Assembly: GCA_963700285.1 (NCBI GenBank)
Contig: CAVOXA010000001.1
Span: 1,664,001 to 1,728,000, forward strand
DNA: 64,000 bases
Direction of reading: 5' to 3'
Origin: an uncultured Chloroflexia bacterium
Lineage (GTDB): Bacteria; Chloroflexota; Anaerolineae; JAAYZQ01
The first letter of the stretch is position 1; each line of letters begins with the position of its first letter. The notes under the pieces were generated by a model. That model saw only the letters and a program-made list of their open reading frames with translations, searched no databases and was not told the DNA's origin. A program made the translations under genes and the position numbers. Of this stretch, positions 50,857-61,083 are shown one piece after another.

Positions 50857-52155
50857 GTGCTGCTTGATCGAAGGCAGGTCAGGCTCATGCTGCCCCTCGG
50901 GGCAGCCATGGCCCTTTCTCTCACCGGTGATCTCACAATGTACGCTGTACTGGCCAACCAGACAGAGGTGCTGGGCATAGGCCTGGCTGTCGTAGGGGTC
51001 CTGCTGGGGGTGAATCGCCTGATCCGAATCCCTGGCAACCTACTGGCTGGCGCCCTCAACGATCGCCCTGGCCAATGGCTCGGACGACGCCCGCTCTTTC
51101 TTCTGGGTCTCTTTCTTGGGATCCTTGCCACATTGAGTTACGGACTGGTGAGCGGTTTCTGGCCCTTGCTGGGTGGCCGTCTGTTGTGGGGTACTGCGTG
51201 GTCGCTCATCAACGTGACCGGATACACGATGGTCTTGGATTGGAGTACACAGGCTGACCGTGGGCGCATGATGGGCTTCTATCAGATGGCTTTCATGCTG
51301 GGTTTGGCCATCAGCCCGCTGATGGGTGGGATACTGACCGACGCTGTGGGTTTCCGGCTTGCAGTGCGCATCTGTGCCGCCGTCTCGGGCATTGGCCTCG
51401 TTTTGGCATTCTTGACCCTGCCCGAGACGGGGCCGCCGCAGGACAAGACAAGGCAGAAACTGGGGCTTGGGGCACAGCGCCTTGCGGCATGGGCTGGCAC
51501 CTGGCGACAGGTGCTGCGATCTGGCCCTTCAAAGTTGATTCGTCGAGGTAGTGGCCTTGTTGATCGGCGGATCCTGCTGGCAGACTATATCTACCTGGTG
51601 ATTCTCTTTGTGAGCAGCGGGGTCATGATGTCCACCATCGCCCTCTACCTGGGACAGCGATGGGGCGCCAACATCTCGCTCAACGGAATGCTGATCGGAG
51701 TGTCCACGCTGGCCGGGATGTTGCTGGCCATGCGGGCTTTCGCGGGCATGCTGGCCGGGCCGCTGGCGGGTACGCTGTCGGATTACCTGCGCGATCGGTG
51801 GCCGGTCGTCCGCGGAGGGATCCTGCTGGGTGTGGCCGGATTCATCATCCTGGCCTTGTTCCTTGACGTCTGGGCCGTACCGGTTGGAGTGGCCCTGGTA
51901 GCCATCAGCGCGGGAACCCTGGCGACGGCGCTCGTGGCGCTGGTAGGCGACCTGGCAAGGGCTGAGCAGAAGGGCTTGACCATCGGCGGGCTTGCGACGG
52001 CTGGCGATATCGGGAGTGCCGCCGGCCCGTTCGTGGCTTATGCGCTGCTGGCGACCCTGGACCTGCGCTGGATCTATCTACTATGCGCACTGGCCCTGGC
52101 TTCTACCCTGATAGCGACGGTGGGACAGGGGAGGCGAAGCACGACGACGGTGTGA
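50857..52155 (+). CDS. MFS transporter
   Basis: About 12 TM segments; G-x3-DR..GRR motif A; RGRMMG. Confidence 0.85.
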   Translation: MLLDRRQVRLMLPLGAAMALSLTGDLTMYAVLANQTEVLGIGLAVVGVLLGVNRLIRIPGNLLAGALNDRPGQWLGRRPLFLLGLFLGILATLSYGLVSGFWPLLGGRLLWGTAWSLINVTGYTMVLDWSTQADRGRMMGFYQMAFMLGLAISPLMGGILTDAVGFRLAVRICAAVSGIGLVLAFLTLPETGPPQDKTRQKLGLGAQRLAAWAGTWRQVLRSGPSKLIRRGSGLVDRRILLADYIYLVILFVSSGVMMSTIALYLGQRWGANISLNGMLIGVSTLAGMLLAMRAFAGMLAGPLAGTLSDYLRDRWPVVRGGILLGVAGFIILALFLDVWAVPVGVALVAISAGTLATALVALVGDLARAEQKGLTIGGLATAGDIGSAAGPFVAYALLATLDLRWIYLLCALALASTLIATVGQGRRSTTTV

Positions 52156-52177
52156 CCTGTGGCGACTCCTCCATGTG

Positions 52178-53806
52178 TCAGTTGCAGCCCTTGGGAACTT
52201 CCAGTGGATAGACATAATCTTCGGACCGGTCGTTGTACCAGATAGGCGACACAAACTGTTGGCCTGCCTCCATCCGCAGCGTGATGCTTCCCCGCCCCCG
52301 GGGAGGCACGTACAGAACAAACTGATGGTCGCCGGGAGAGAGCTGCAATAGCAGCCTGCCTGGGATATCGCCCTGCTTTGCGGCTACCGACCACTGGCCC
52401 GACCCTCCCCGAATCTGCTCGACCTCAAGGCCCTCTCCAATGTGGTTTTCGACGAGCAGAATCCCCTTCCCCGGCTGCGGCTTTTCGTACCAAGCGGGAC
52501 AGGTATCCTTTGGCTTGGCGGTCGGCGCCGGCGCCTTTGTGGAAGCTTGAGTTGGGGCTGGTACCTCGGTGGCGGCCACCGTAGCGGTTGGGGCCGTGAC
52601 CGCAGGCCGAGTAGCGGTCGCTTGGAGCGTCATCGTCGGCTGGGCTGTGTCGGCCGCGGCCGGTGCCAGGCTTGTGGTCGCCCTCGCGATGGGAGGCGCC
52701 GTGGGCGTCTCGATGGGAGGCGACGCCGACATGACGATGGGCGCTGACGTGACAACTAGCGTAACCGCCTGCTGCGGCGTGACGACCATGGTCACGAACT
52801 GGGGCGGCCGCGACCTGGTCCGCCCGCCCTCCGAGCCGCTGAGGGCGAGGTATAGGCCAACTCCGATCAGGAGGAAGAGCAGTGCGCCAATCATCGCGAC
52901 CAACAGGGGAACAGGGTTCCTCCTGGTCCGCCGAATGGCGGGGGTCGGGGTTGCGGGCCGGGGGGTCAGACCGAGTGCGGCCCTGCTCTCTTTTCCCTGG
53001 CGCAACGCCGCAGCAAACTCGCTGGCTGTCTGGAAACGGTCTGCGGGTCGCTTGGACAGGGCCTTGGCGACAACCTTCTCCAGCCAGCTCGGCAGCTCTG
53101 CATCGTTCCGCCGCAGAGGAGGCGGCGGCTCGTGCACCTGCTTGTACAGCGTCGCCATGGGGGTCTCGGTGTGAAAGGGAACGTGCCCGGTGAGCATCTC
53201 ATACAGCACGATGCCCAGGGCATAGATATCGGTACGGCCATCCGTTGGCTCGGCCAAGCCCTGTTCGGGGGACATGTACTCGGGTGTACCGATGCTGGCC
53301 CCCGTCCGTGTGAGCCGGGTGCTGGCATCCAGGGCCCTGGCAATGCCAAAATCGGTCAGCAGGGGGCGTCCGTCCCGGGCCAGCAGGATGTTGCCGGGCT
53401 TGACGTCGCGGTGTACGAGGCCATGCTGGTGGGCCTGGTCCAGGGCGTCAGCTACCTGCGCGGCCAGCGACACAGCGCGCTCTGCCTGGATCGGGCCGCG
53501 CTGCAGCAGGTCCTTGACCGATCCCCCCTCGGCATAGTCCATGGCCATGTACTGGCGGCCCTCCACTACGCCAGCGTCATAGACGTGCAGAATGTTGGGA
53601 TGGCTGAGCCGGGCCACGGCCCGCGCTTCCTGGCCAAAGCGGGCGATGAACTCTTGGTTGCGGGCCAATTCACCCCGCAACACCTTGATGGCGACGTAGC
53701 GGTTCAGCGATTCCTGGTAGCCCCTGTAGACCACCCCCATCCCGCCCTCACCGATCTGTTCCAGGATCCTGTAGGGGCCAAAGGAGGTGCCGATCAATCG
53801 ATCCAT
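52178..53806 (-). CDS. Receptor-like Ser/Thr kinase (TM, Pro/Thr linker, small Cys-flanked extracellular domain)
   Basis: GEGGMG, HRDVKPGN, DFG, GTPEYMSPE; TM segment; C-terminal CPAWY...GCN. Confidence 0.92.
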   Translation of the reverse strand: MDRLIGTSFGPYRILEQIGEGGMGVVYRGYQESLNRYVAIKVLRGELARNQEFIARFGQEARAVARLSHPNILHVYDAGVVEGRQYMAMDYAEGGSVKDLLQRGPIQAERAVSLAAQVADALDQAHQHGLVHRDVKPGNILLARDGRPLLTDFGIARALDASTRLTRTGASIGTPEYMSPEQGLAEPTDGRTDIYALGIVLYEMLTGHVPFHTETPMATLYKQVHEPPPPLRRNDAELPSWLEKVVAKALSKRPADRFQTASEFAAALRQGKESRAALGLTPRPATPTPAIRRTRRNPVPLLVAMIGALLFLLIGVGLYLALSGSEGGRTRSRPPQFVTMVVTPQQAVTLVVTSAPIVMSASPPIETPTAPPIARATTSLAPAAADTAQPTMTLQATATRPAVTAPTATVAATEVPAPTQASTKAPAPTAKPKDTCPAWYEKPQPGKGILLVENHIGEGLEVEQIRGGSGQWSVAAKQGDIPGRLLLQLSPGDHQFVLYVPPRGRGSITLRMEAGQQFVSPIWYNDRSEDYVYPLEVPKGCN

Positions 53807-53884
53807 ATCAAGTCCTCGCCGTGCCCTGCGACCCGTGATCTGTGGCCACATTCTATCACAGTTCAGGTGAACAGGCAAGGTCCC

Positions 53885-55918
53885 CTAGCGCGCCCAGCTC
53901 GGGTCGCCATCCCGGTGTGGTCCCTGAACCAGCGCTACCTTGTCCCTTCCGTCCAGTGGCACGGCCCAGATATCCGATGTATCCTGCTCATCGTTCCGCC
54001 CGTTGCTGTTGGAATCGAGCAACTGGGTAAAGGCGACCCAGCGGCTGTCGGGCGACCAGGCAGGCGTGCGCGCCCAGGCGTTCGCCGTCAGGCTCCGTGG
54101 GTCGCTGCCGTTGGCCCTGGCTACCCAGACGTCGCCCATATCCTCCTCGTCGACGGCGCCATTGCCATTGGTATCGCGGGAGATGCGGAGGAAAGCGACC
54201 CATTGGCCATCGGGCGACCAGGTGGGCTGCACGTCGCAAGCGGGCCCGCCCAGCCAGACCTGGCGCTGGCCTCCATCGCCATTCATGGTAAAGATATCCC
54301 AGTTGCTGCTCCCCTTAAAGCCTTCAGTATAGATGATCCGCCCATCGGGGGCCCAGTCAGGCCATTGGTCCTCGGCGGGGGTAAAGGTCAGGCGCGTGAG
54401 CTGGCCGTTGGCCTGACGGACGTGGATCTCCGAGTTCCCCTCGGCGGTGGTCGACAGCGCCAGGCGGCGCCCGTCGGGGTCCCAGCGCGCATAGTCATCC
54501 CAGGCGCCCGTGGCCACCAGTGGCCCCTGTCCCCCGCCGCTGCCGTCCATCGACCACAGATCGTAGCTGCCCCGCCGGTGGCTGGTGAACGCGATCCGGG
54601 CCCCATCGGGCGACCAGTCGGGCAGCCAATCGTTGGCGTTGTTGTTGGTCAGCCGGGCCACGTTGCCGCTCGTCAGATTCACGACATAGATCTCGAGGTT
54701 GCCGTGGCGGTTGGAGGTAAAAGCCAGCCGCCCAAAGTGTGCGGTAGGCGGCCGGGTTGGAGGCGGCGGTGCGTCCGTTGGAGGTAGCGGGGTGATTGGT
54801 TCCGCTGCTGTGGGGTCGGGCGGCAGCGGGGTGTGTGGCTCCGGCCCCGGCACTGTCCCCACGGCTGGCACCAGCGTCGATGTGGGGCGGGCAGGCGCCG
54901 GCGTGACCACGACGATCGACCTGGCGGCGGTGGGAGTGAGCCTATCCGCAGGAGCGCCGCCACCGGACAGCAGGAGGAGCAAGCCCAGAAGGATTACAAG
55001 GGCCGCCGCAGCGCCGGCCAGGATCCAGGGCAGCAGGGATCGCCGCCGGCCCGTTGGCAGGGGCCGCGGCCCGCCGGCCAGAGATGCCCGAAAGGCCCTT
55101 CGCAGCTCGCTGCCCGACTGGTACCGGTCCTGGGGCCGCTTGGCCAGCGCCTTCAGGATGACCTGCTCCGAGGCCACGGGCAGGCCCGGCCTGATCTGCC
55201 TCGGGGGCGGCGGGACCTCATAGATGACCGCGTGCAGGGTCGCATGGGGCGTCGAGCGGCGAAAAGCCGACCGGCCGGTGAGCATCTGGTAGAGCAACAA
55301 TCCCAGGGCGTAGAGGTCGGCGCGGTGGTCCACCGGCTGGCCTTCGGCCTGCTCGGGGGCCATGTACTCCGGGGTGCCCAGGATGATCCCGGTGCGGGTC
55401 AGGTGCAGGCCATCGGCCGCGCGGGCAATGCCAAAGTCGGCCACCTTGGCTGTTGCGTCCCGGGCCCGGAGCGGGTCGGCACTGAAGAGGATGTTGCTGG
55501 GCTTGATGTCGCGGTGGATCACGCCCTGGCCGTGGGCATAGTCCAGCGCCCTGGACACCTCGGTCACGATGCGCAGGGCTTCTGCCTCGTCCAGGGGACC
55601 GGCGGCCAGCCGTTCCTGGAGGGAGCCGCCCTCCAGGTACTCCATGGCGATATAATACTGCCCGCTGGCGACGCCGGTATCATAGATGTGGACAATGTTG
55701 GGATGGTTGAGCCGGGCTACCGACCTGGCCTCACGCAGGAAACGGGCCACAAACTCCTGGTCGTGCCCAAAGGTGGCCGGGAGGACCTTGAGGGCCACGT
55801 ACCGGCCCAACGATGGCTGCCGCGCCTTGTAGACGACGGCCATCCCACCGCGCCCGATCTCGGTCACGATCTGGTATGTGCCTAGCTGGCTGCCGATCCA
55901 TGATCCGTCAGTACTCAT
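53885..55918 (-). CDS. Receptor-like Ser/Thr kinase with extracellular TolB/PD40 beta-propeller
   Basis: [14 protein letters not shown]; repeated PxWSPDG; acidic DxNxNG loops. Confidence 0.92.
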   Translation of the reverse strand: MSTDGSWIGSQLGTYQIVTEIGRGGMAVVYKARQPSLGRYVALKVLPATFGHDQEFVARFLREARSVARLNHPNIVHIYDTGVASGQYYIAMEYLEGGSLQERLAAGPLDEAEALRIVTEVSRALDYAHGQGVIHRDIKPSNILFSADPLRARDATAKVADFGIARAADGLHLTRTGIILGTPEYMAPEQAEGQPVDHRADLYALGLLLYQMLTGRSAFRRSTPHATLHAVIYEVPPPPRQIRPGLPVASEQVILKALAKRPQDRYQSGSELRRAFRASLAGGPRPLPTGRRRSLLPWILAGAAAALVILLGLLLLLSGGGAPADRLTPTAARSIVVVTPAPARPTSTLVPAVGTVPGPEPHTPLPPDPTAAEPITPLPPTDAPPPPTRPPTAHFGRLAFTSNRHGNLEIYVVNLTSGNVARLTNNNANDWLPDWSPDGARIAFTSHRRGSYDLWSMDGSGGGQGPLVATGAWDDYARWDPDGRRLALSTTAEGNSEIHVRQANGQLTRLTFTPAEDQWPDWAPDGRIIYTEGFKGSSNWDIFTMNGDGGQRQVWLGGPACDVQPTWSPDGQWVAFLRISRDTNGNGAVDEEDMGDVWVARANGSDPRSLTANAWARTPAWSPDSRWVAFTQLLDSNSNGRNDEQDTSDIWAVPLDGRDKVALVQGPHRDGDPSWAR

Positions 55919-55977
55919 CGTTGTGCGCCTCAGACCCGAGGCTTGCTGGCTCTCTGGCTGATACGGCTGGCTGCCGA

Positions 55978-57186
55978 TCAGTAGTTGATGGTGAGCGTGT
56001 AGAGATGGTTCTGGTTCAGAGCACCTCCAGTATAAACCTGAAGGTAGTACGTACCGGCCGGCAGGTCCCGTATCCGCAGGTTCATCTGACCATCGCCTCC
56101 AGGTAGCTGGTTAATGTCTCTGTCGACTGACGACTTGTCTGTTCTACGCACCAGGACCTGGCCGTCAGCCTGATAGTTGGTGACGTCAACATTTAGCGTC
56201 GAGTTTCGAGCCAGTACGACGCGATAGTAGTCATTTGTGTCGTTGGGATAGGCACTGTAGGCCTGTCCCGGCCTCAAAGGACCGTATGCTGTAGTCATGG
56301 TATTAAACTGTTCGCAGAAAACGTTGCTCGCAGAGCACGGCGGCGCAAACTGAGGAACCTGATTGGGCTGACGTCTCAGCACTGGCAGAAAGGTACGGGA
56401 CTTTTCGGGTGCGGTCGTACCCAGTGTCACGTCGTCAACAAACAGGTTGCTGTTTGCGGAGCTGTCGGTCTCGGCACGGATATCCAGTTGGACCGTCTGA
56501 CCGGCGTAGGCGCTCAGGTCCACCACGCGTTTGACCCACGTATCCGTATTTGTTTCCGTACACAGGTAAAAGACATCCACAGCTGTAGCGTTATTGATGA
56601 CAACGCCACCAAGGTCATTTTCACAACTATCCGCAGAGGCAATCCACATCCAGAAGCCCAGAACCGCTTCTTGTGCATTCGCTGGAACAGTGACAATCTG
56701 CGCGATTGCCGAAATTTCGTCGTCAGCGCCGCCCAGCCATACGGCCCAACGGCCACCGTGCGGGGGGGTGAGGAGGACCTCCTCATCCAAGATGAGGGGC
56801 CAGCCCTGCTTGGAATACTCGTACCACGAACCATCGGGCCCATTCTCAAAACCACCGTCGACGATGCCGTTGACCGCGGCCGGGGCGCCTGCCGTTGGCC
56901 CGTCAAGCTGGGCCTGCTGGCCCGGTCCCTTTGGCAGGCTGTGAGGGTCGACCATGCCCTGCTCAGTCTCACCTACTTTCCGGCTTTCCCCAGTGGGCTC
57001 GGCAACGCTTCCAAGTAGCTGTGACGCCGCGTCGCGCAGGATGGGACCGTCGCTGTTCGCTGTGCCCTGCGGTCTGGCGCCTGTCAGGGCCTGGCTAGGC
57101 CCACGGGCAATGCCTGGTAGGCCGGCAAGGATCATCACCAGACTCAGTCCCACGCTTACTATGATGGCAAAACGCCCAAAGTTCAT
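55978..57186 (-). CDS. Secreted protein with jelly-roll (carbohydrate-binding-like) domain and C-terminal PPC-like domain
   Basis: Signal peptide; DGGFENG...W, VDLSAYAGQTV, FVDDV; FLPVLRR; AYGPL...YPNDTNDYY...GTYYLQVY. Confidence 0.7.
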   Translation of the reverse strand: MNFGRFAIIVSVGLSLVMILAGLPGIARGPSQALTGARPQGTANSDGPILRDAASQLLGSVAEPTGESRKVGETEQGMVDPHSLPKGPGQQAQLDGPTAGAPAAVNGIVDGGFENGPDGSWYEYSKQGWPLILDEEVLLTPPHGGRWAVWLGGADDEISAIAQIVTVPANAQEAVLGFWMWIASADSCENDLGGVVINNATAVDVFYLCTETNTDTWVKRVVDLSAYAGQTVQLDIRAETDSSANSNLFVDDVTLGTTAPEKSRTFLPVLRRQPNQVPQFAPPCSASNVFCEQFNTMTTAYGPLRPGQAYSAYPNDTNDYYRVVLARNSTLNVDVTNYQADGQVLVRRTDKSSVDRDINQLPGGDGQMNLRIRDLPAGTYYLQVYTGGALNQNHLYTLTINY

Positions 57187-57260
57187 GTCCTTCTCCTTTT
57201 CCTTTCTGGCTGCTGTGCTGTTGATGTCACGCTACTCTCTCTGCTCACGGAGGCCAGTTG

Positions 57261-59168
57261 TTAGGGTGGCGGCTCGGTTGGCAACCCGGGACCACCTGAT
57301 GGGGGCTTCCAGGTCAAGGTCCGTTCCTCGCTCATGGGACTCAGCGGCACCCCGGTGGGCCTGCCCTTGGCGTCCTCGCCCGTCTTTTGCATAACATGCA
57401 CCGACCACTGGAACTTGCCATCAGCCGACAGATCTTTTGCCAGGTAGTCGTGCTCGCTTAGGGTCCAGTGAGACTCCCGGGTCCACGGCGTCTCGTCCTT
57501 CCAGGTATCGGCCGGAGCAGCTGTAGGCGAGAAGGTCACCACAACCTCATAGTACACCTCTGGCGGCAATTGGCCCACAGGCTGCCAGGACAGTACGACC
57601 GTGTCCTGCGTCGTGAAAGCATCACCATCCTGCGGGCCCAGCAGGACCGGGGCGGCAAACTGCCCGCTAACCCTGGTGGGTGGCGCCGTCACGGTAGGCG
57701 CAAGCTTGGCCGGCGCTTCCGTCGCGGTTGGCGTGGGTGACTGGGTCGACGTGGGCGCAGCGGTCGTTGTCGCCGTCGGCGACGGCGTTGGCGGACTGGT
57801 GGCTGTATCGGCCGCCGTGCTTGTCGCCTGCCGAGTCGCTGGGGGCGGCGTTTCCGTGTCCTCTGTGGTGGGCGGCACGGAGGTCACCGCCGGTGAGGGC
57901 GTGGGTGCTGGGATCCTGCTCTCCACCGTAGGTGGTGCGGGTGTAGCAGACGGCCCGGGCAGGGGCGACGGGCCCGGCTCCTGGGCCGTCGCCGTCTGGG
58001 CAACGGCCGTCTGGGCCATGGCCACCGCCGTCGCCTCCGTCTGGGGAGCAGGAGGGGGCGGCCCGCCGATGCCCCCCAGGGCCATGACCAGGCCCGCCGC
58101 CAAGAGGATCAAGGCCAGGGCGCCCACCACCCATATCCCGACCGGCACCCGGCGCCTCGCCGGTTGCGGACCAACCGCGGCTCCAGCCCCGGCCGGACCC
58201 CCGGCCGGCGGCGCTTGTGCTGGCCCCCCCGGCACCGCGCCCGCGGCAGCCACGCCAGCCGCTCCCACCAGCACTGTGGGTGATTCCGGGGGCGGCGTGA
58301 CCGGCCGGGGGGGTGGGGCCTTGACCGGCTGGCCGGCCATGGCCCTCTCCAGGTCATCGGCAAAGGCCCGCACGGACGGGTAGCGATCCGCGGGCGCCTT
58401 GGCCAGGGCCTTGCCCAGCACGTATTCCACCTGCACCGGTAGATCCTGCCGCGTCCCGCGCACCGGTGGCGGTGGCTCGAAGGCGATCTTGAACATGAGG
58501 GCCGCCGTGTTATCGGCATAAAAGGGCACGCCGCCGACCAGCATCTGGTAGGCCACCACCGCCAGGCTGTACTGGTCGCTGCGGGCATCGGCAACCTGTC
58601 CCTGGGCCTGCTCTGGGGACAGATACTCGGGCGTTCCAATCACCATACCTGTGGCCGTCAGGCCCGAGTCCTGCACGGCCCGGGCGATACCAAAGTCGGT
58701 CAGGGTGACCCGTCCCGCGCGTCCGACGACGACGTTCGAGGGCTTGATGTCGCGGTGGACCAGCCCGTTGTGGTGGGCAAAGTCCAGCGCGTCGGCCAGC
58801 GGGCGCAGGATCGACATCACCTGCTTGGGCGCCAGGGGGCCCTGCCGCTGGACAAGGTTGGTCAGCGTCTCTCCGGCCAGGTACTCCATCACGTAATAGT
58901 ACCAGCCGCCCTCCTGCCCTACGTCGTAGATGTGAACGATGTTGGGGTGTTCCAGCCGGGCGGCGGCGCGCGCCTCGCGCAGGAACCGCTCGACCGAGTT
59001 CTGCTGCCAGGCCAGATGGGGGGCCAGTACCTTGACCGCCACGTGGCGGTCAAGGTTCGGGTCATAGCCCCGGTAGACGGTGGACATCCCGCCGCGGCCG
59101 ATCTCGTCCTGGATCCGGTACTTGCCCAACTGGGTTCCGACTAGTGATCTGTCATTGTTCATCCTCAC
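57261..59168 (-). CDS. Receptor-like Ser/Thr kinase with Fn3-like extracellular domain
   Basis: [19 protein letters not shown]; TM; APVLLGP...LSWQP...FQWSV. Confidence 0.92.
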   Translation of the reverse strand: MRMNNDRSLVGTQLGKYRIQDEIGRGGMSTVYRGYDPNLDRHVAVKVLAPHLAWQQNSVERFLREARAAARLEHPNIVHIYDVGQEGGWYYYVMEYLAGETLTNLVQRQGPLAPKQVMSILRPLADALDFAHHNGLVHRDIKPSNVVVGRAGRVTLTDFGIARAVQDSGLTATGMVIGTPEYLSPEQAQGQVADARSDQYSLAVVAYQMLVGGVPFYADNTAALMFKIAFEPPPPVRGTRQDLPVQVEYVLGKALAKAPADRYPSVRAFADDLERAMAGQPVKAPPPRPVTPPPESPTVLVGAAGVAAAGAVPGGPAQAPPAGGPAGAGAAVGPQPARRRVPVGIWVVGALALILLAAGLVMALGGIGGPPPPAPQTEATAVAMAQTAVAQTATAQEPGPSPLPGPSATPAPPTVESRIPAPTPSPAVTSVPPTTEDTETPPPATRQATSTAADTATSPPTPSPTATTTAAPTSTQSPTPTATEAPAKLAPTVTAPPTRVSGQFAAPVLLGPQDGDAFTTQDTVVLSWQPVGQLPPEVYYEVVVTFSPTAAPADTWKDETPWTRESHWTLSEHDYLAKDLSADGKFQWSVHVMQKTGEDAKGRPTGVPLSPMSEERTLTWKPPSGGPGLPTEPPP

Positions 59169-59270
59169 CTGCCTCTGTTTGGCGTCTAGGCTAACGTCGT
59201 CAAGGGTGACCGCTATGGACGCGATGCAATTCTAGTTACGTCCATGCGCGCTCAGGTCTCCGTCGTTGCT

Positions 59271-60437
59271 TCAACGCGGGATACCCTCCCACTTGAACCA
59301 CACCGGGTCGGAGTCGACCTGGCCCGGCTGCTTGCTCAGGTTGCGCAGGTTGGTCCCCCGGTCGTTCACCACCTCCATGACCCAGATCTGGCGCGTGGCT
59401 TCGCTCAGCTTGTCCGCCCGGTTGGAATAGAATGCGATCCGGCGGCCATCCGGCGACCAGGTGGGATGCTTGTCCCACTCCCAATCGTTCTGCGTCAGGC
59501 GCCGCTGGTTCTGGTCCCCGGGATCCAGCGTCTTGATATAGATCTCGTCGTTGGCGTTGCGGTTGGTCACCCAGGCCAGCCACCAGCCGTCGGCCGACAG
59601 CACCGGGTCCCAATCCTTGCGGTTGTTGACGATGATCATCTCCTTGCGGCCCGTGTCCAGCCACAGGCGGTAGATGTCCAGCGGCCTGTCGCTCACCTCC
59701 ACCCGCCACGCGCCGTCGGGCGAGGTCCGGTCGCGGACCAGGCCCCACTGGTATGCCTGCGTGTTGCACATCGGCGCCTGGTTCGAGCCGTCGCCGTCCA
59801 TGACCCAGATCTCGACCGGGCCACAGGCGTTGCCGCTGCGGGCGTCGCAGCGCTGCTGCCGCCGGAAGCCGATGACGCCCCGCTCCGCGTAGCGGCAGCG
59901 GGGCTGGGCCGGCGGCCTGGCCGTCGGCGGCGCCTCCTCCGTTTGCCCGGTCTCGGGCGCTGACGCGGTCAAAGCAGGCGCGGCGGGCGTGCCCGGTATC
60001 AGGGTGGCCGTCGGACTGACCTCGGGCGGGGTCGCCCCGGCCCCTGGCGGCGTGGCCGTGGGCGGTCGCGCCGTGTCCTGGGGTGTTGCCTCCACTGGGC
60101 CCGGATTGCCGGCCTCGGGCGAAGGGCTCGTCGGTGGCGTCTCGACCACAATGAGTACCGCCGTCCGTACCGACTCTACCGTACTCTCTACGAGCTCTTT
60201 TTCCGGTCGCTGGAGTAGCAGCAGGGCCAGTAGGGCCAGCAGCATCACGACCAGAACCGCGGCGATGCCGCCCACCAGCCCGATCAGTAACGTGGATGAC
60301 GAGCGGCGCCCGGGTCGCACCGAGGTGGGGGAGCGGCCCACCGGCTGCGCCCCCGACCCGGACGGCAGCGTCTGTCCGCACTGGAGGCAGTAATAGGCGC
60401 TCTCTGGGTTTTTCTTGCCGCATTCTGGGCAGTACAT
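59271..60437 (-). CDS. Zinc-ribbon + TM + PD40 repeat protein
   Basis: CPECG...CLQCG; TM; HPTWSPDG, DSDPVW. Confidence 0.82.
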   Translation of the reverse strand: MYCPECGKKNPESAYYCLQCGQTLPSGSGAQPVGRSPTSVRPGRRSSSTLLIGLVGGIAAVLVVMLLALLALLLLQRPEKELVESTVESVRTAVLIVVETPPTSPSPEAGNPGPVEATPQDTARPPTATPPGAGATPPEVSPTATLIPGTPAAPALTASAPETGQTEEAPPTARPPAQPRCRYAERGVIGFRRQQRCDARSGNACGPVEIWVMDGDGSNQAPMCNTQAYQWGLVRDRTSPDGAWRVEVSDRPLDIYRLWLDTGRKEMIIVNNRKDWDPVLSADGWWLAWVTNRNANDEIYIKTLDPGDQNQRRLTQNDWEWDKHPTWSPDGRRIAFYSNRADKLSEATRQIWVMEVVNDRGTNLRNLSKQPGQVDSDPVWFKWEGIPR

Positions 60438-60622
60438 GGTTCAGTGTCCTGAGCGAGTTATCCTCTTCAGGGATCGCGAGTAGCTGGCCGCTGGGCACCG
60501 CCGTGAACAGGCGGTGCTGGATGCTGCATCTGGATCCGGCGTGCTACCGTCTCCAGCACCGGCTCTTCAGGCCGGTGCGAGCGCCTGCTGGTAGCTGTTG
60601 GGCACAGTCCCTTCAGCCGTTT

Positions 60623-60669
60623 GTAGTGCGCGCTTCAGCGCGCTTCTGTGGCGCCAAAGCGCCTACTAC
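60623..60669. repeat. GTAG-family REP doublet
   Basis: GTAGTGCGCGCTTCAGCGCGC ... GGCGCCAAAGCGCCTACTAC (inverted pair). Confidence 0.65.
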
Positions 60670-60796
60670 GAACCTCTGTTCGTCTGCCACAGTAGGTTCC
60701 CGCCTGTCCCATTGCTTGACCGGTGGGTCAAGAGCCATAACGGGGCTGGAAAACCGGCCAGCCTGCCTCCAAGCCCGATTGATCGGGCGCCGCTCT

Positions 60797-60822
60797 GTAG
60801 CCGGGCGACTTTATCGCCCGGC
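60797..60822 (+). repeat. GTAG-family REP hairpin
   Basis: GTA-GCCGGGCGA-CTTTA-TCGCCCGGC. Confidence 0.65.
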
Positions 60823-60869
60823 GGTCTGCACCGGCTCCGATGGGCCGCCAGCCAGGCATCCAACTCGGG

Positions 60870-61083
60870 CCCCGCCCTGAGCCTCGAATCCTGAGGCTGT
60901 CCCCAGAACCTACTACACAGGGCGGGACCGGTTCATCTTTGGTTGGGCACACCACCCGGGCGGCGCCCCAACCGGGAACAGGCCTGGAGTTTTCTCTCTC
61001 TCGGCACTAGCGCCGCGTCCGTGAACCCGGCGCACCTGGCCTTTGAGGAACACACCTGGCGACCCCGCACACCGAAACCCGAT
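60870..61083 (-). ncRNA. DGR template-repeat 3' remnant (with IMH*) and structured downstream spacer
   Basis: 61055-61082 is identical to the VR1 3' end at 62083-62110, then diverges into hairpin-rich sequence (GCGCCG/CGGCGC; GGTTGGG/CCCAACC; CCCGCCCTG/CAGGGCGGG). Confidence 0.75.

Noticed and set aside
55455-55480. PLRARDA insertion in the kinase as a REP insertion
   Set aside because: No clear similarity to the REP-like motifs in the window; it may be ordinary loop variation.
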